Below are positions 9,802 through 18,509 of a DNA stretch of 64,000 nt, piece after piece. Every line of letters starts with the position of its first letter. The first letter of the stretch is position 1. Below the pieces are notes generated by a model. That model did no database searches and was not told the origin of the DNA. It worked only from the letters and a program-made list of their open reading frames with translations. Position numbers and translations under genes: made by a program. This stretch comes from an uncultured beta proteobacterium. Lineage in GTDB: Bacteria; Pseudomonadota; Gammaproteobacteria; Burkholderiales; SG8-39. The stretch lies in contig CAWGCC010000007.1 of the NCBI GenBank assembly GCA_963820965.1, forward strand, positions 28,277-92,276. Reading direction: 5' to 3'.

Positions 9802-10679
9802 TGCTCCGCGTCGAGCCCGGGGCGATCGAGGAGGCGGCGAAGGCGCTCTACATCCGCGCGCTGAAGCTGCTGCCGCCCGACGTGAAGGCGGGCTTCGACG
9901 CTTTGACCGCACGCGAGACCGACGCGCGCGCGCAGGGCATCCTCGGCGTAATGGTGAAGAACATCGCGGTCGCCGAGGCCACCGACAACCTGCTCTGCCA
10001 GGACACCGGTATCCCGATCTACAACGTCACCATCGGCCGCGATGTCGTGGTCGACGGCGCCGCGCTGAAGGTGGCGATCCGCAGCGGGTGCGAAGGCGCA
10101 ACGCGCGAGTTCTCGCTGCGCTCGTCGGTCGTGCATCCGATGACGCGCCGGAACGAGCACACTTCCTGCGGCCGCGGCGTGCCGGTGATCCATGTCGACT
10201 TCTCCGACGAGCCCGATACGCTTTCGATCGAGATGATCCCGAAGGGCTCGGGCTCGGAGAACAACTCCTGGCTGAAGATGGCGATCCCGGCGGACGGCGT
10301 CGGTGCGATCAAGGCGTTCGTCGTCGACTGCGTGCTCGAAGCGGGCGGCAAGACCTGCCCGCCGACGATCGTCGGCGTGGGCGTCGGCGGCACGGCCGAC
10401 CTCTGCGTGCATCTCGCGAAGCTCGCGGGGACGCGGCCGCTCGGCTCGCGCTGCGAAGACCCGGAAGGCGCGAAGCTCGAGGACGAGCTGACACCCGCGG
10501 TGAATCAGCTCGGCGTCGGCCCGCAGGGGCTCGGCGGCGATTCGACCGCGTTCGCGGTGCACGTGGAGACGGCGGCGACCCACATCACGATGAACCCGGT
10601 GGCGGTGAACATGCAGTGCCACTCCGCACGCCGCGCCCGGGCGACGTTCACGCCCTCCGGCGTCGAATACGGCTTCTAG
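9801..10679 (+). CDS. Fe-S fumarate hydratase/tartrate dehydratase family, alpha subunit
   Basis: LCQDTG, PKGSGSEN, CPPTIVGVGVGG, LGVGPQGLGG, CHSARR. Confidence 0.9.
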   Translation: MLRVEPGAIEEAAKALYIRALKLLPPDVKAGFDALTARETDARAQGILGVMVKNIAVAEATDNLLCQDTGIPIYNVTIGRDVVVDGAALKVAIRSGCEGATREFSLRSSVVHPMTRRNEHTSCGRGVPVIHVDFSDEPDTLSIEMIPKGSGSENNSWLKMAIPADGVGAIKAFVVDCVLEAGGKTCPPTIVGVGVGGTADLCVHLAKLAGTRPLGSRCEDPEGAKLEDELTPAVNQLGVGPQGLGGDSTAFAVHVETAATHITMNPVAVNMQCHSARRARATFTPSGVEYGF

Positions 10680-10898
10680 GGCGTCTGCACATCCCCCCGA
10701 CTCGCCCGCCGGTCGCGCGCGGCGATCACGCTGCAAGAGATTGAACGGGCGGCGGAATCAGTCGAAGCCTGCCGGGAACGAGCACGTCGTGGGGCGTAGA
10801 TTGCAGTGCCGCAATCTTGTCCGCGCACGATCGGCTTGACACGCGCGCCGGCGCGTCCCAAGAATGTGCGCGCGGCCCGTTCTCTAAGGGAGGAGAAG

Positions 10899-11975
10899 AT
10901 GAAGAAGCTGCTCAACGTCGCATGCGGCGCGGCATGGCTCGCCGGCGTCGCGAGCATTGCGCTCGCAGACGGCGACCGCGTAGTCGACAGGGATGCGGTC
11001 CACCGATTCACGACGCTCCCCAACGGCGTCCGCTTTCCGGAGGGAATCACTGCCGACCGGGAGAGCGGCGAGGTGTACGTTGGCACGTTCGATTTCGGGC
11101 CGAACGCGAACAAGCTCCTCCGCTTCGGCCGGCATGGGCAGCTCATCGCCCAGGTCGATTTCGGCGCCGAGCCGCTCCTCGGGCTCGCGCTCGACCGCCG
11201 CCACGAGAAGGTGTACATCGCGAACTTCGGCGGATCGAAGGTCCAGCGCATCAACGCGGCGTTTCACGCCAAGACGCCGGTCGAAGACGTGGCGATCATG
11301 CCGGTGATCGGCGCGCCTGGAGAGCGGACCGAGGGGAACCCGGACGGCAGCTCGGACACGATAACGTTCGGATCGAACGGCAAGTCGGCGCCCAACGCGA
11401 TGGTGTTCGACCGCCGCGGGAACCTCTACGTCTCCGACTCGTTTCAGGGCGCGATCTTCCGCATCGACAACGCGGCACACTGCACGACGCCGTGCAAGGT
11501 GGAGCTCGTGATCCAGGATCCGCTCCTTGCGACCGCGGGCTTTCCGCCGTTCGGCGCGAACGGCCTCGCGCTCGACCGCCACGAAACTGCGCTGTTCGTC
11601 GCGAATACCGGCGACGACCGGGTCCTCAAGCTCGATCTCGATACCAAGGCCCTCGCCGTGCTCGCGGAGAGCATCAACGGCGCCGACGGGATTGCGTTCG
11701 ACCGGCACGGACGGCTTTGGGTCGTGGAGAACCAGGGCGACCAGATCGTCGGCCTCAACGCGAAGGGCCGCGTGATCGCCCGGCTCGGAGAGTTCAAAGG
11801 CATCGACCGCGGCGGCGCACCGGAGGGGTTGCTGTTCCCGGCCAGCTTGGTCATCGTCGGCCACGAGGTGTTCGTGACGAACCTGGCGCTTCCTCTTACG
11901 CCCGCGACGGGCGACGAGCCGGAAGAGGACGTCAAGCGCTGGACGATCTCGCGCATCAGGTTGCCGGAGCGCTAG
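10899..11975 (+). CDS. secreted SMP-30/gluconolactonase-like beta-propeller protein
   Basis: GGAGGAG RBS, signal peptide, repeated blades FPEGI, PNAMVFD..GNLYVSDS, GANGLAL, GADGIAFD. Confidence 0.8.
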   Translation: MKKLLNVACGAAWLAGVASIALADGDRVVDRDAVHRFTTLPNGVRFPEGITADRESGEVYVGTFDFGPNANKLLRFGRHGQLIAQVDFGAEPLLGLALDRRHEKVYIANFGGSKVQRINAAFHAKTPVEDVAIMPVIGAPGERTEGNPDGSSDTITFGSNGKSAPNAMVFDRRGNLYVSDSFQGAIFRIDNAAHCTTPCKVELVIQDPLLATAGFPPFGANGLALDRHETALFVANTGDDRVLKLDLDTKALAVLAESINGADGIAFDRHGRLWVVENQGDQIVGLNAKGRVIARLGEFKGIDRGGAPEGLLFPASLVIVGHEVFVTNLALPLTPATGDEPEEDVKRWTISRIRLPER

Positions 11976-12046
11976 CGGCAGCGGCCTGAATCGCCCGCCA
12001 GACGCGGAACGGCGGCCGGGTCTCGGCGCGTCCCGGACGCCTCTGT

Positions 12047-12434
12047 CTAGAACATGGTGTTGCCGTTGGCCGAGCTTTCCGGGATGACCTGCAGGACATC
12101 CCAGTGCTCGACGATCCTGCCGTCGTCGTCGAGCCGGAAGATGTCGATGCCCGCGTAGTCCTGTTCGCCGGGCCACTCCTGGTGGCAATGCAGGACGACG
12201 AAGTTCGCCTCGGCGATCGCGCGCTTGAAGTGGACGCGCTTGCCGGGATACTCGCGCGCCATCCGCTCGAAGTACGCGATGAAGGCGGCCTTGCCGTCGG
12301 CGACGTGCGGGTTGTGCTGGATATAGCGCTCGCCCGCGTAGCGACGGATCGCCTCCGCCGGCTGGCACTGGTTGAACATGAGGTCGTAGAACGCGATCGA
12401 CGGTTTGCTTGTTGCGCTCGAGCCGGGCTTCCAT
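12047..12434 (-). CDS. SnoaL-like/NTF2 family protein (frameshift near 12400)
   Basis: [20 protein letters not shown] then [38 protein letters not shown]. Confidence 0.85.
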
Positions 12435-12473
12435 GCGGTGTCCTCCGATCGCCGTGAATGATAATCTTCCCCA

Positions 12474-13086
12474 ATGGTGCACCATGACCTCACGACGCCG
12501 GTCACCGAAGCGCAGGCGTGCGCGCTCCGCGTCGGCGACACGGTGACGCTGAACGGCACGCTGTTCGGCATCCGCGACGCAACGCAGATCCACATGTTCG
12601 ACCGCGGGCGCGCGCACGCGCTTCGATCTCGCGGGGCATGCGGTGATCCACACCGCGCCGAACGTCAAGAAGGTTCCCGCCTCGCAGCAGCACCCCGTTG
12701 GCTATGCCCCGGTCTGCGTGGGCACCACCACCAGCGCGCGCATGGAGCGGTTCTCGCGGCCGCTGATGACCGACTACGGCGTCCGGATCATCATCGGCAA
12801 GGGCGGGCTCGGGGCGGAATCCCTCGCGGCGTTCCGCGATCTCGGCGGCGCGTATCTCGCGATCATCGGCGGGACGGCAGCGCTCGAAACCACCTGGATC
12901 GAGGCGATCGAGGACGTCGATCTCGACGATCTCAATCCGGAGAGCCTGTGGAAGTTCCGCGTGAAGGGCTTCGGCCCGCTGCTCGTGGGAATGGACAGCC
13001 GGGGCGGAAGCCTCTACAGCGATGTTGCCGCGGCGGCGCAGGCGAAACGCGACGCGGTCCTCGCTGGGCTGGGTGTGCGCAAGTGA
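12474..13086 (+). CDS. Fe-S fumarate hydratase/tartrate dehydratase family, beta subunit (frameshift near 12620)
   Basis: [48 protein letters not shown]. Confidence 0.88.
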
Positions 13087-13112
13087 CGCCCGCGCCGGGG
13101 TGACGAGAGCAC

Positions 13113-14831
13113 ATGCAAGAGCTCAAGACCGATCTCCTGATTCTCGGCTCCGGCGGCGCGGGCCTCTTCGCGGCGCTGCACGCGCACACCGCGAACCCCG
13201 AGCTCGACATCGCGATCGCCGTGAAGGGCCTGCTCGGCAAGTGCGGCTGCACCCGCATGGTCCAGGGCGGATACAACGTGGCGCTCGCCGCCGGCGACTC
13301 AGTCGAGCGCCACTTCATGGATACGATCGAGGGCGGTGCCTGGCTGCCGCACCAGGAGCTCGCCTGGCGGCTGGTGACCGGCGCGGTCGCGCGCATCCAC
13401 GAGCTCGAGAACGAGCTCGGCTGCTTCTTCGACCGCAATCCCGACGGCACGATCCACCAGAAGGCCTTCGCCGGCCAGACCTTCGACCGGACGGTGCACA
13501 AGGGCGACCTCACGGGGATCGAGATTATCAACCGCCTCGCCGAGCAGACGTGGGCGCGGGGGATCCGGCGGCTCGAGGAACATCGCGCGATCGAGCTCGT
13601 GCGCTCGCGCGACGGCGATCGCATCGCCGGTGTCCTGCTGCTCGACATGCGCACCGGCGAGTTCGTCCTCGCGCGGGCTCGTGCCGTGGTGCTCGCGACC
13701 GGCGGCGGTCCGACGATGTACAAGTACCACACGCCCTCCGGTGACAAGTCTTGCGACGGGCTTGCGATGGCGCTGCGCGCGGGGCTGCCGCTCCGCGACA
13801 TGGAGATGGTGCAGTTTCATCCCACGGGGTTGCTCGCCGGCCCGCACACGCGCATGACCGGTACGGTCCTCGAAGAAGGGCTGCGCGGCGCTGGCGGCTA
13901 CCTGCTCGACGGGGCCGGCGAGCGGTTCATGACCCGCTACGACCCGCGCGGCGAGCGGGCGACGCGGGATATCGTGTCGCGAGCGATGCTCACGGAAATG
14001 CGCAAGGGCAACACCACGCCGCACGGCGGGCTCTACATCGCCATGGGGCACCTCGGCCCGGAGAACGTGCGGGCGCAGTTCAAGGGCATGGTGGAACGCT
14101 GCGCCGACTGCGGGTTCGATCTCGCCGGCGGACGCGTCGAGGTGGTGCCGACCGCGCACTACATGATGGGCGGCGTGGAGTTCGCGGTCGACTGCACCAC
14201 CGGGCTCGAGGGGCTCTTCGCCGCGGGCGAGGACACCGGCGGAGTCCATGGCGCGAACCGGCTCGGCGGCAACGGCGTCGCGAACTCTACCGTCTTCGGC
14301 GGGATCGCGGGTGAGTCCGCCGCCGACTGGCTCGCCCGCCACGGCGATTTCGCGGCACCCGACGCGCGGGCGATCGAGCGCGGCCGCGACGCGACGATCC
14401 ATCCGTTCGGCGAGCAGCGGGGCGATCTGAACCCGATCCGCGAGGGGCTCCACGAGCTGATGTGGAACGACGTCGGCATCCTTCGCGACGGCGCCGGCCT
14501 GCGACGGGCGCTCGGGCAGCTCGATGAGCTGCGTGCGCGACTCGCGCGAACCGGCCTGGAAGACGTCTCGCGGGCGTTCAACCTGACGTGGCACGACTGG
14601 CTGAACCTGGACAGCCTGCTCGCGGTCAGCAAGGCGATCGCGCAGGCTGCGCTTGCGCGCGAAGATTCGTGCGGTGCGCATTACCGCGAGGACTTCGCGA
14701 GGGTCGCCGATCCCGCAGGCGCGGCCTTCACGCGCCTCCGCGCGCGCGGCGACGGCTTCGCGGTCGAGTTCGCGCCGGTCGAGTTCACGCGCGTGCGGCC
14801 GGGAGAGAGCCTGCTAAAGGAAGCGGCGTGA
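13113..14831 (+). CDS. Sdh/Frd-like FAD flavoprotein subunit (non-canonical)
   Basis: GSGGAG, VLATGG, QFHPTG, TRDIVSR, PTAHYMMGG, HGANRLGGN, REDSCGAHYR; lacks the SHT covalent-FAD His. Confidence 0.9.
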   Translation: MQELKTDLLILGSGGAGLFAALHAHTANPELDIAIAVKGLLGKCGCTRMVQGGYNVALAAGDSVERHFMDTIEGGAWLPHQELAWRLVTGAVARIHELENELGCFFDRNPDGTIHQKAFAGQTFDRTVHKGDLTGIEIINRLAEQTWARGIRRLEEHRAIELVRSRDGDRIAGVLLLDMRTGEFVLARARAVVLATGGGPTMYKYHTPSGDKSCDGLAMALRAGLPLRDMEMVQFHPTGLLAGPHTRMTGTVLEEGLRGAGGYLLDGAGERFMTRYDPRGERATRDIVSRAMLTEMRKGNTTPHGGLYIAMGHLGPENVRAQFKGMVERCADCGFDLAGGRVEVVPTAHYMMGGVEFAVDCTTGLEGLFAAGEDTGGVHGANRLGGNGVANSTVFGGIAGESAADWLARHGDFAAPDARAIERGRDATIHPFGEQRGDLNPIREGLHELMWNDVGILRDGAGLRRALGQLDELRARLARTGLEDVSRAFNLTWHDWLNLDSLLAVSKAIAQAALAREDSCGAHYREDFARVADPAGAAFTRLRARGDGFAVEFAPVEFTRVRPGESLLKEAA

Positions 14832-16465
14832 CCGGCGCGCTGCGCGGTGCCGACATCGTCGCGCGGACGCTCGCCCGGGCGGGCGTGCGACGCGTGTTCG
14901 CGCTTTCCGGCAACCACGTGATGTCGATCTTCGATGCGGCGCCCGAGGCGGGACTCCAGCTCGTCCACGTCCGGCACGAGGCTGCCATGGTGCACATGGC
15001 CGACGCGTGGGGACGTCTGACCGGCGAGGTCGGCGTCGCGCTCGCAACCGGCGGACCCGGTCACGCGAACGCGGTGCCGGCGCTCTACACCGCGCTCGCC
15101 GCGGAGTCTCCGGTCGTCCTGCTGAGCGGCCATTCGCCGCTCGATGAGGTGGGGCGCGGCGCGTTTCAGGAGATGCGCCAGGTCGACGTCGCGGCGCCGC
15201 TCGCGAAGGCAGCGTGGGCGGCGCAGTCGGTGTCGGCGCTAGGGGACGACGTCGTGCGCGCGCTGCGGCTCGCGGCGAGCGGACGGCCGGGGCCGGTGCA
15301 TCTCAGCCTGCCTGCCGACGCTTTGGATGCCACCCTCACCGACGTGGCGCTGCCGGGGGCGGACGCATTCAGCGCGTCGATCGCTGCGCTTTCGCCCGCG
15401 GCGGCGGAAGCGGTGCTCGACGAGCTCGCACGCGCCGCGCGTCCCGTGATCCTCGTCGGACCGGCGCTCGTGCGCGGGGCAGGGCGCGAAGTGGCCCGGC
15501 GCCTCGAAACAGCGGCGCGTGTCCCGGTGATCGGCATGGAGAGCCCGCGGGGCCTCAATGAACCGGCGCTCGGCGCGCTCGGGGAAATGCTCCCGCAGGC
15601 CGATCTCATCGTCCTGCTCGGCAAGCCGCTCGATTTCGCGCTGCGCTTCGGCCGGCCGCCGACGATTTCCCCGGGCTGCCGGTTCGTCCACGTCGATCCC
15701 GATCCGGTGCTCGTGGAGCGCACTTCGCGAGAAGTCGGCGCTCGGCTCGCGTTCGCCGCGATTGCGGATTCGGGCGCAGCCGCCGAGGGTCTCGCCGAGC
15801 TCGCAGCGAAGCGCGCGTGGCCGAAGACCAGCTGGTTCGACGAGGTGAGCGCTGCCGTCGCTCACCGACCTGCGGCGTGGGCGACGCTCGCGTCCTCGGG
15901 CGGTGGCCGGGTGCATCCGCTCGAGGTGTGCCGCGCGGTGCAGGCGGTCCTCGACAGTCACGAGGACGCGGTGCTGATCGCCGACGGCGGCGAGTTCGGA
16001 CAGTGGGCGCAAGCGTCCCTCGTGGCGCGTCGCCGGGTCACCAACGGCCCGGCCGGCGCGATCGGGGCCGCGGTGCCGTTCGCGATCGCGGCCCGGCTCG
16101 CGTTCCCGTCCTCGCCGGTGGTCGCGATGTCCGGCGACGGCTCGTTCGGATTTCACATGGCCGAGTACGACACCGCGGTCCGCTACGGCGCGCCGTTCGT
16201 CGCGGTCGTCGGCAACGACGCACGGTGGAACGCGGAGCACCAGATCCAGCTCAGGAGCTACGGTCCCGCGCGCGCGGTCGGTTGCGAGCTCCTGCCGACG
16301 CGCTACGATCGCGTGGCTGCGGCGCTGGGCGGCCACGGCGAGCACGTCGAAAGCGCGGCGGACCTCGCCGGGGCGCTCGATCGCGCGCTCGCCGCGGGGC
16401 GCCCGGCATGCGTGAACGTCGCCATCGAAGGCCTGGCGGCGCCGGATCTGTCGCGGATGGGTTGA
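14828..16465 (+). CDS. thiamine diphosphate-dependent enzyme (acetolactate synthase/2-hydroxyacyl-CoA lyase-like fold)
   Basis: GTG overlapping the previous stop; VRHEAA, GGPGHANA, GRPGPVHL, GDGSFGF...NDARW ThDP motif. Confidence 0.9.
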   Translation: MTGALRGADIVARTLARAGVRRVFALSGNHVMSIFDAAPEAGLQLVHVRHEAAMVHMADAWGRLTGEVGVALATGGPGHANAVPALYTALAAESPVVLLSGHSPLDEVGRGAFQEMRQVDVAAPLAKAAWAAQSVSALGDDVVRALRLAASGRPGPVHLSLPADALDATLTDVALPGADAFSASIAALSPAAAEAVLDELARAARPVILVGPALVRGAGREVARRLETAARVPVIGMESPRGLNEPALGALGEMLPQADLIVLLGKPLDFALRFGRPPTISPGCRFVHVDPDPVLVERTSREVGARLAFAAIADSGAAAEGLAELAAKRAWPKTSWFDEVSAAVAHRPAAWATLASSGGGRVHPLEVCRAVQAVLDSHEDAVLIADGGEFGQWAQASLVARRRVTNGPAGAIGAAVPFAIAARLAFPSSPVVAMSGDGSFGFHMAEYDTAVRYGAPFVAVVGNDARWNAEHQIQLRSYGPARAVGCELLPTRYDRVAAALGGHGEHVESAADLAGALDRALAAGRPACVNVAIEGLAAPDLSRMG

Positions 16466-16478
16466 AGGAGGTGTTGCG

Positions 16479-17054
16479 ATGAACAGGCTGGCAGCCGCCC
16501 TGACGTCCATCGTGCTCGCGTCGGCCGCGCTCGCCGCCGAGGTCGCCGGCGTCAAGCTCGACGACAGGGTGACGATCGCGCCGAACGCGCCGGAGCTGGT
16601 GCTGAACGGCGCCGGGGTGCGCACGCGCTTCTTCGTGAAGGTCTACGTCGGCGCGCTCTACCTCCCCGGGAAGAGGACCAGCGCCGCCGACGTGCTCGCG
16701 CTGCCCGGCGCGAAGCGCATGACGCTCGTGATGCTGCGCGACCTGACCGCGCAGCAGCTCGCCGACGCGCTGAACGAGGGATTCGCCGCCAACAATCCGC
16801 CGCCCGACCAGGAACGCTACAAGGCTCAGCTCGCCGAGCTGCTCGGGATCATGAACGCGCTCGGCCAGGCGAAGCAGGGCGAGATCATCGCGCTCGACTA
16901 TCTGCCCGACTCGGGGACGCGAGTGGTCGTCAACGGCCAGGCAAAGGGCAAGCCGATCCCGGACGAGGGCTTTTACCGCGCCATCCTGAAGATCTGGCTC
17001 GGCGATAAGCCGGTGGATGCGGATCTCAAGAAGGGCTTGCTCGGGCAGGGGTGA
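16479..17054 (+). CDS. periplasmic chalcone-isomerase-like fold protein
   Basis: Signal peptide; LVLNGAGVRTRFFVKVYVGALYL and IWLGDKPVDADLKKGLLG. Confidence 0.85.
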   Translation: MNRLAAALTSIVLASAALAAEVAGVKLDDRVTIAPNAPELVLNGAGVRTRFFVKVYVGALYLPGKRTSAADVLALPGAKRMTLVMLRDLTAQQLADALNEGFAANNPPPDQERYKAQLAELLGIMNALGQAKQGEIIALDYLPDSGTRVVVNGQAKGKPIPDEGFYRAILKIWLGDKPVDADLKKGLLGQG

Positions 17055-17056
17055 CC

Positions 17057-17131
17057 CGTCATTCCGGCGAATGCCGGAATCCACGGGCGTCGCCAAGGCC
17101 GGACTGGATCCCGGCTTACGCCGGGATGACG
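17057..17131. repeat. CGTC-type REP doublet (two palindromic units in inverted orientation)
   Basis: CGTCATTCCGGCGAATGCCGGAATCCA, spacer, TGGATCCCGGCTTACGCCGGGATGACG. Confidence 0.8.
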
Positions 17132-17433
17132 CAGCGTTGACGGCGTCACCTCGGCCCCGCAAGCGGCAGTGCGAGGGTCAGCCACGCGCCGGCCGGGGGG
17201 CGCTTCACGTCGGTTGCCACGATGGGATGTCGGTTTTCCGTCGGTAGCGCGGTCTCGCCATGCCCGGCCAAGGTAGCGAACTCGGGTCCCCGCCGCACTA
17301 CGCCGGACGGTCTACGGACCACGCGGCCCCTCCAGGGCGGCTTTCGCGGTGCCGCATTCACGTGCGGACTTTGAGTCGCCGCCACCGGCTACAATCGTGG
17401 CGGGTTTCTACCATAACGACTATGGAGGCAGGC

Positions 17434-18399
17434 ATGAGGAGCATCACGCGCGCGCTCGCGACCGCGGCGGCGATCGGATTCACCGCGAGCAGCGGGGCGC
17501 AGGACAGGGTCACCATCTCGATCGCGACCGGGCCCACCAGCGGCGTCTACTACCCGCTCGGCGGCGGCATCGCCAACGTGCTCTCGAAGTACGTGCCCGG
17601 CTACGCGGCCAACGCCGAGTCGACCGCCGGGTCGGTCGCCAACATCCAGCTCATGAGCCAGAAGAAGTCCGACTTGGCGCTGTCGATGGCGGACGCAGCC
17701 TGGGACGGGCTCCGGGGCGAGGGCAAGTTCTCGGGCGGTGCGGTGCCGCTGCGCACGCTCATGGTCGCCTACCCGAACCGCATGCACGTCGTCACGGTGG
17801 ATGGGACCGGCATCCAGAAGTTTGCCGACCTCAAGGGCAAGCGCGTCTCGACCGGCGCGCCGAACAGCGCGACCGAGCTGATGGCGTTCCGCGTGCTCGA
17901 GGCGATGGGCCTCGACCCGGCGAAGGACATCCGCCGCGAGCGGCTCGACCCGGGCAAGTCCTCCGACGCGATCAAGGACAAGAAGCTCGACGCGTACTTC
18001 TGGGTCGGCGGTATTCCGACGTCGGCGGTGACCGATCTCGGCGCGACGCCCGGCACGAAACTCAAGCTGGTCGACCACGCCGATGCGACCGACGCGATGA
18101 ACAAGAAGTACGGCCCGCTGTACGTGCGCGACACCATCCCGGCGAAGTCCTACCCGGGCCAGGACGCGCCCAACCAGGTCGTCACGGTGTGGAACCTGAT
18201 CATCGCGCGTGCCGACATGCCGGACGCGGTCGCCTACAACATCGTGAAGACGATCTTCGACAAGCAGGAAGAGCTGATCCAGGTCCACAAGGAAGCGGCG
18301 AGCTTCAACGTGAAGACGCAGTCCAACACCGCGTCGCCGCTCCCGTTTCACCCGGGCGCGATCAAGTACTTCGCCGAGAAGGGCGTCCAGCTCAAGTGA
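17434..18399 (+). CDS. TAXI family TRAP transporter solute-binding subunit
   Basis: IATGPTSGVYYPLGGGIA, STAGSVANI, DLKGKRVSTGAPNS, PFHPGAIKYF. Confidence 0.92.
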   Translation: MRSITRALATAAAIGFTASSGAQDRVTISIATGPTSGVYYPLGGGIANVLSKYVPGYAANAESTAGSVANIQLMSQKKSDLALSMADAAWDGLRGEGKFSGGAVPLRTLMVAYPNRMHVVTVDGTGIQKFADLKGKRVSTGAPNSATELMAFRVLEAMGLDPAKDIRRERLDPGKSSDAIKDKKLDAYFWVGGIPTSAVTDLGATPGTKLKLVDHADATDAMNKKYGPLYVRDTIPAKSYPGQDAPNQVVTVWNLIIARADMPDAVAYNIVKTIFDKQEELIQVHKEAASFNVKTQSNTASPLPFHPGAIKYFAEKGVQLK

Positions 18400-18424
18400 C
18401 CGCACAGGCGCGGCGCGCCTGTCC

Positions 18425-18490
18425 GGTCATCCCGGCGCAAGCCGGGATCCAGCCGACGCCGCCTGGACTCCGGCGTTCGCCGGAGTGACC
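18425..18490. repeat. CGTC-type REP doublet, second copy
   Basis: GTCATCCCGGCGCAAGCCGGGATCCA, spacer, TGGACTCCGGCGTTCGCCGGAGTGAC. Confidence 0.8.
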
Positions 18491-18509
18491 CGCCACGGGA
18501 GGAGGGCCC

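Noticed and set aside
7401..14831. Naming these genes sdhABCD/fumAB of the TCA cycle, or nadB
   Set aside because: Gene order, missing covalent-FAD His and sulfonate-gene context argue for a paralogous system; the Fe-S and anchor subunits argue against NadB. Symbols left blank.
17140..17400. Short ORFs and hairpins upstream of the TAXI gene
   Set aside because: No recognisable motif, RBS or consistent structure.
17057..18490. Possible CRISPR repeats
   Set aside because: Units occur as inverted pairs 1.3 kb apart with no spacer array and no cas genes; they fit REP elements.
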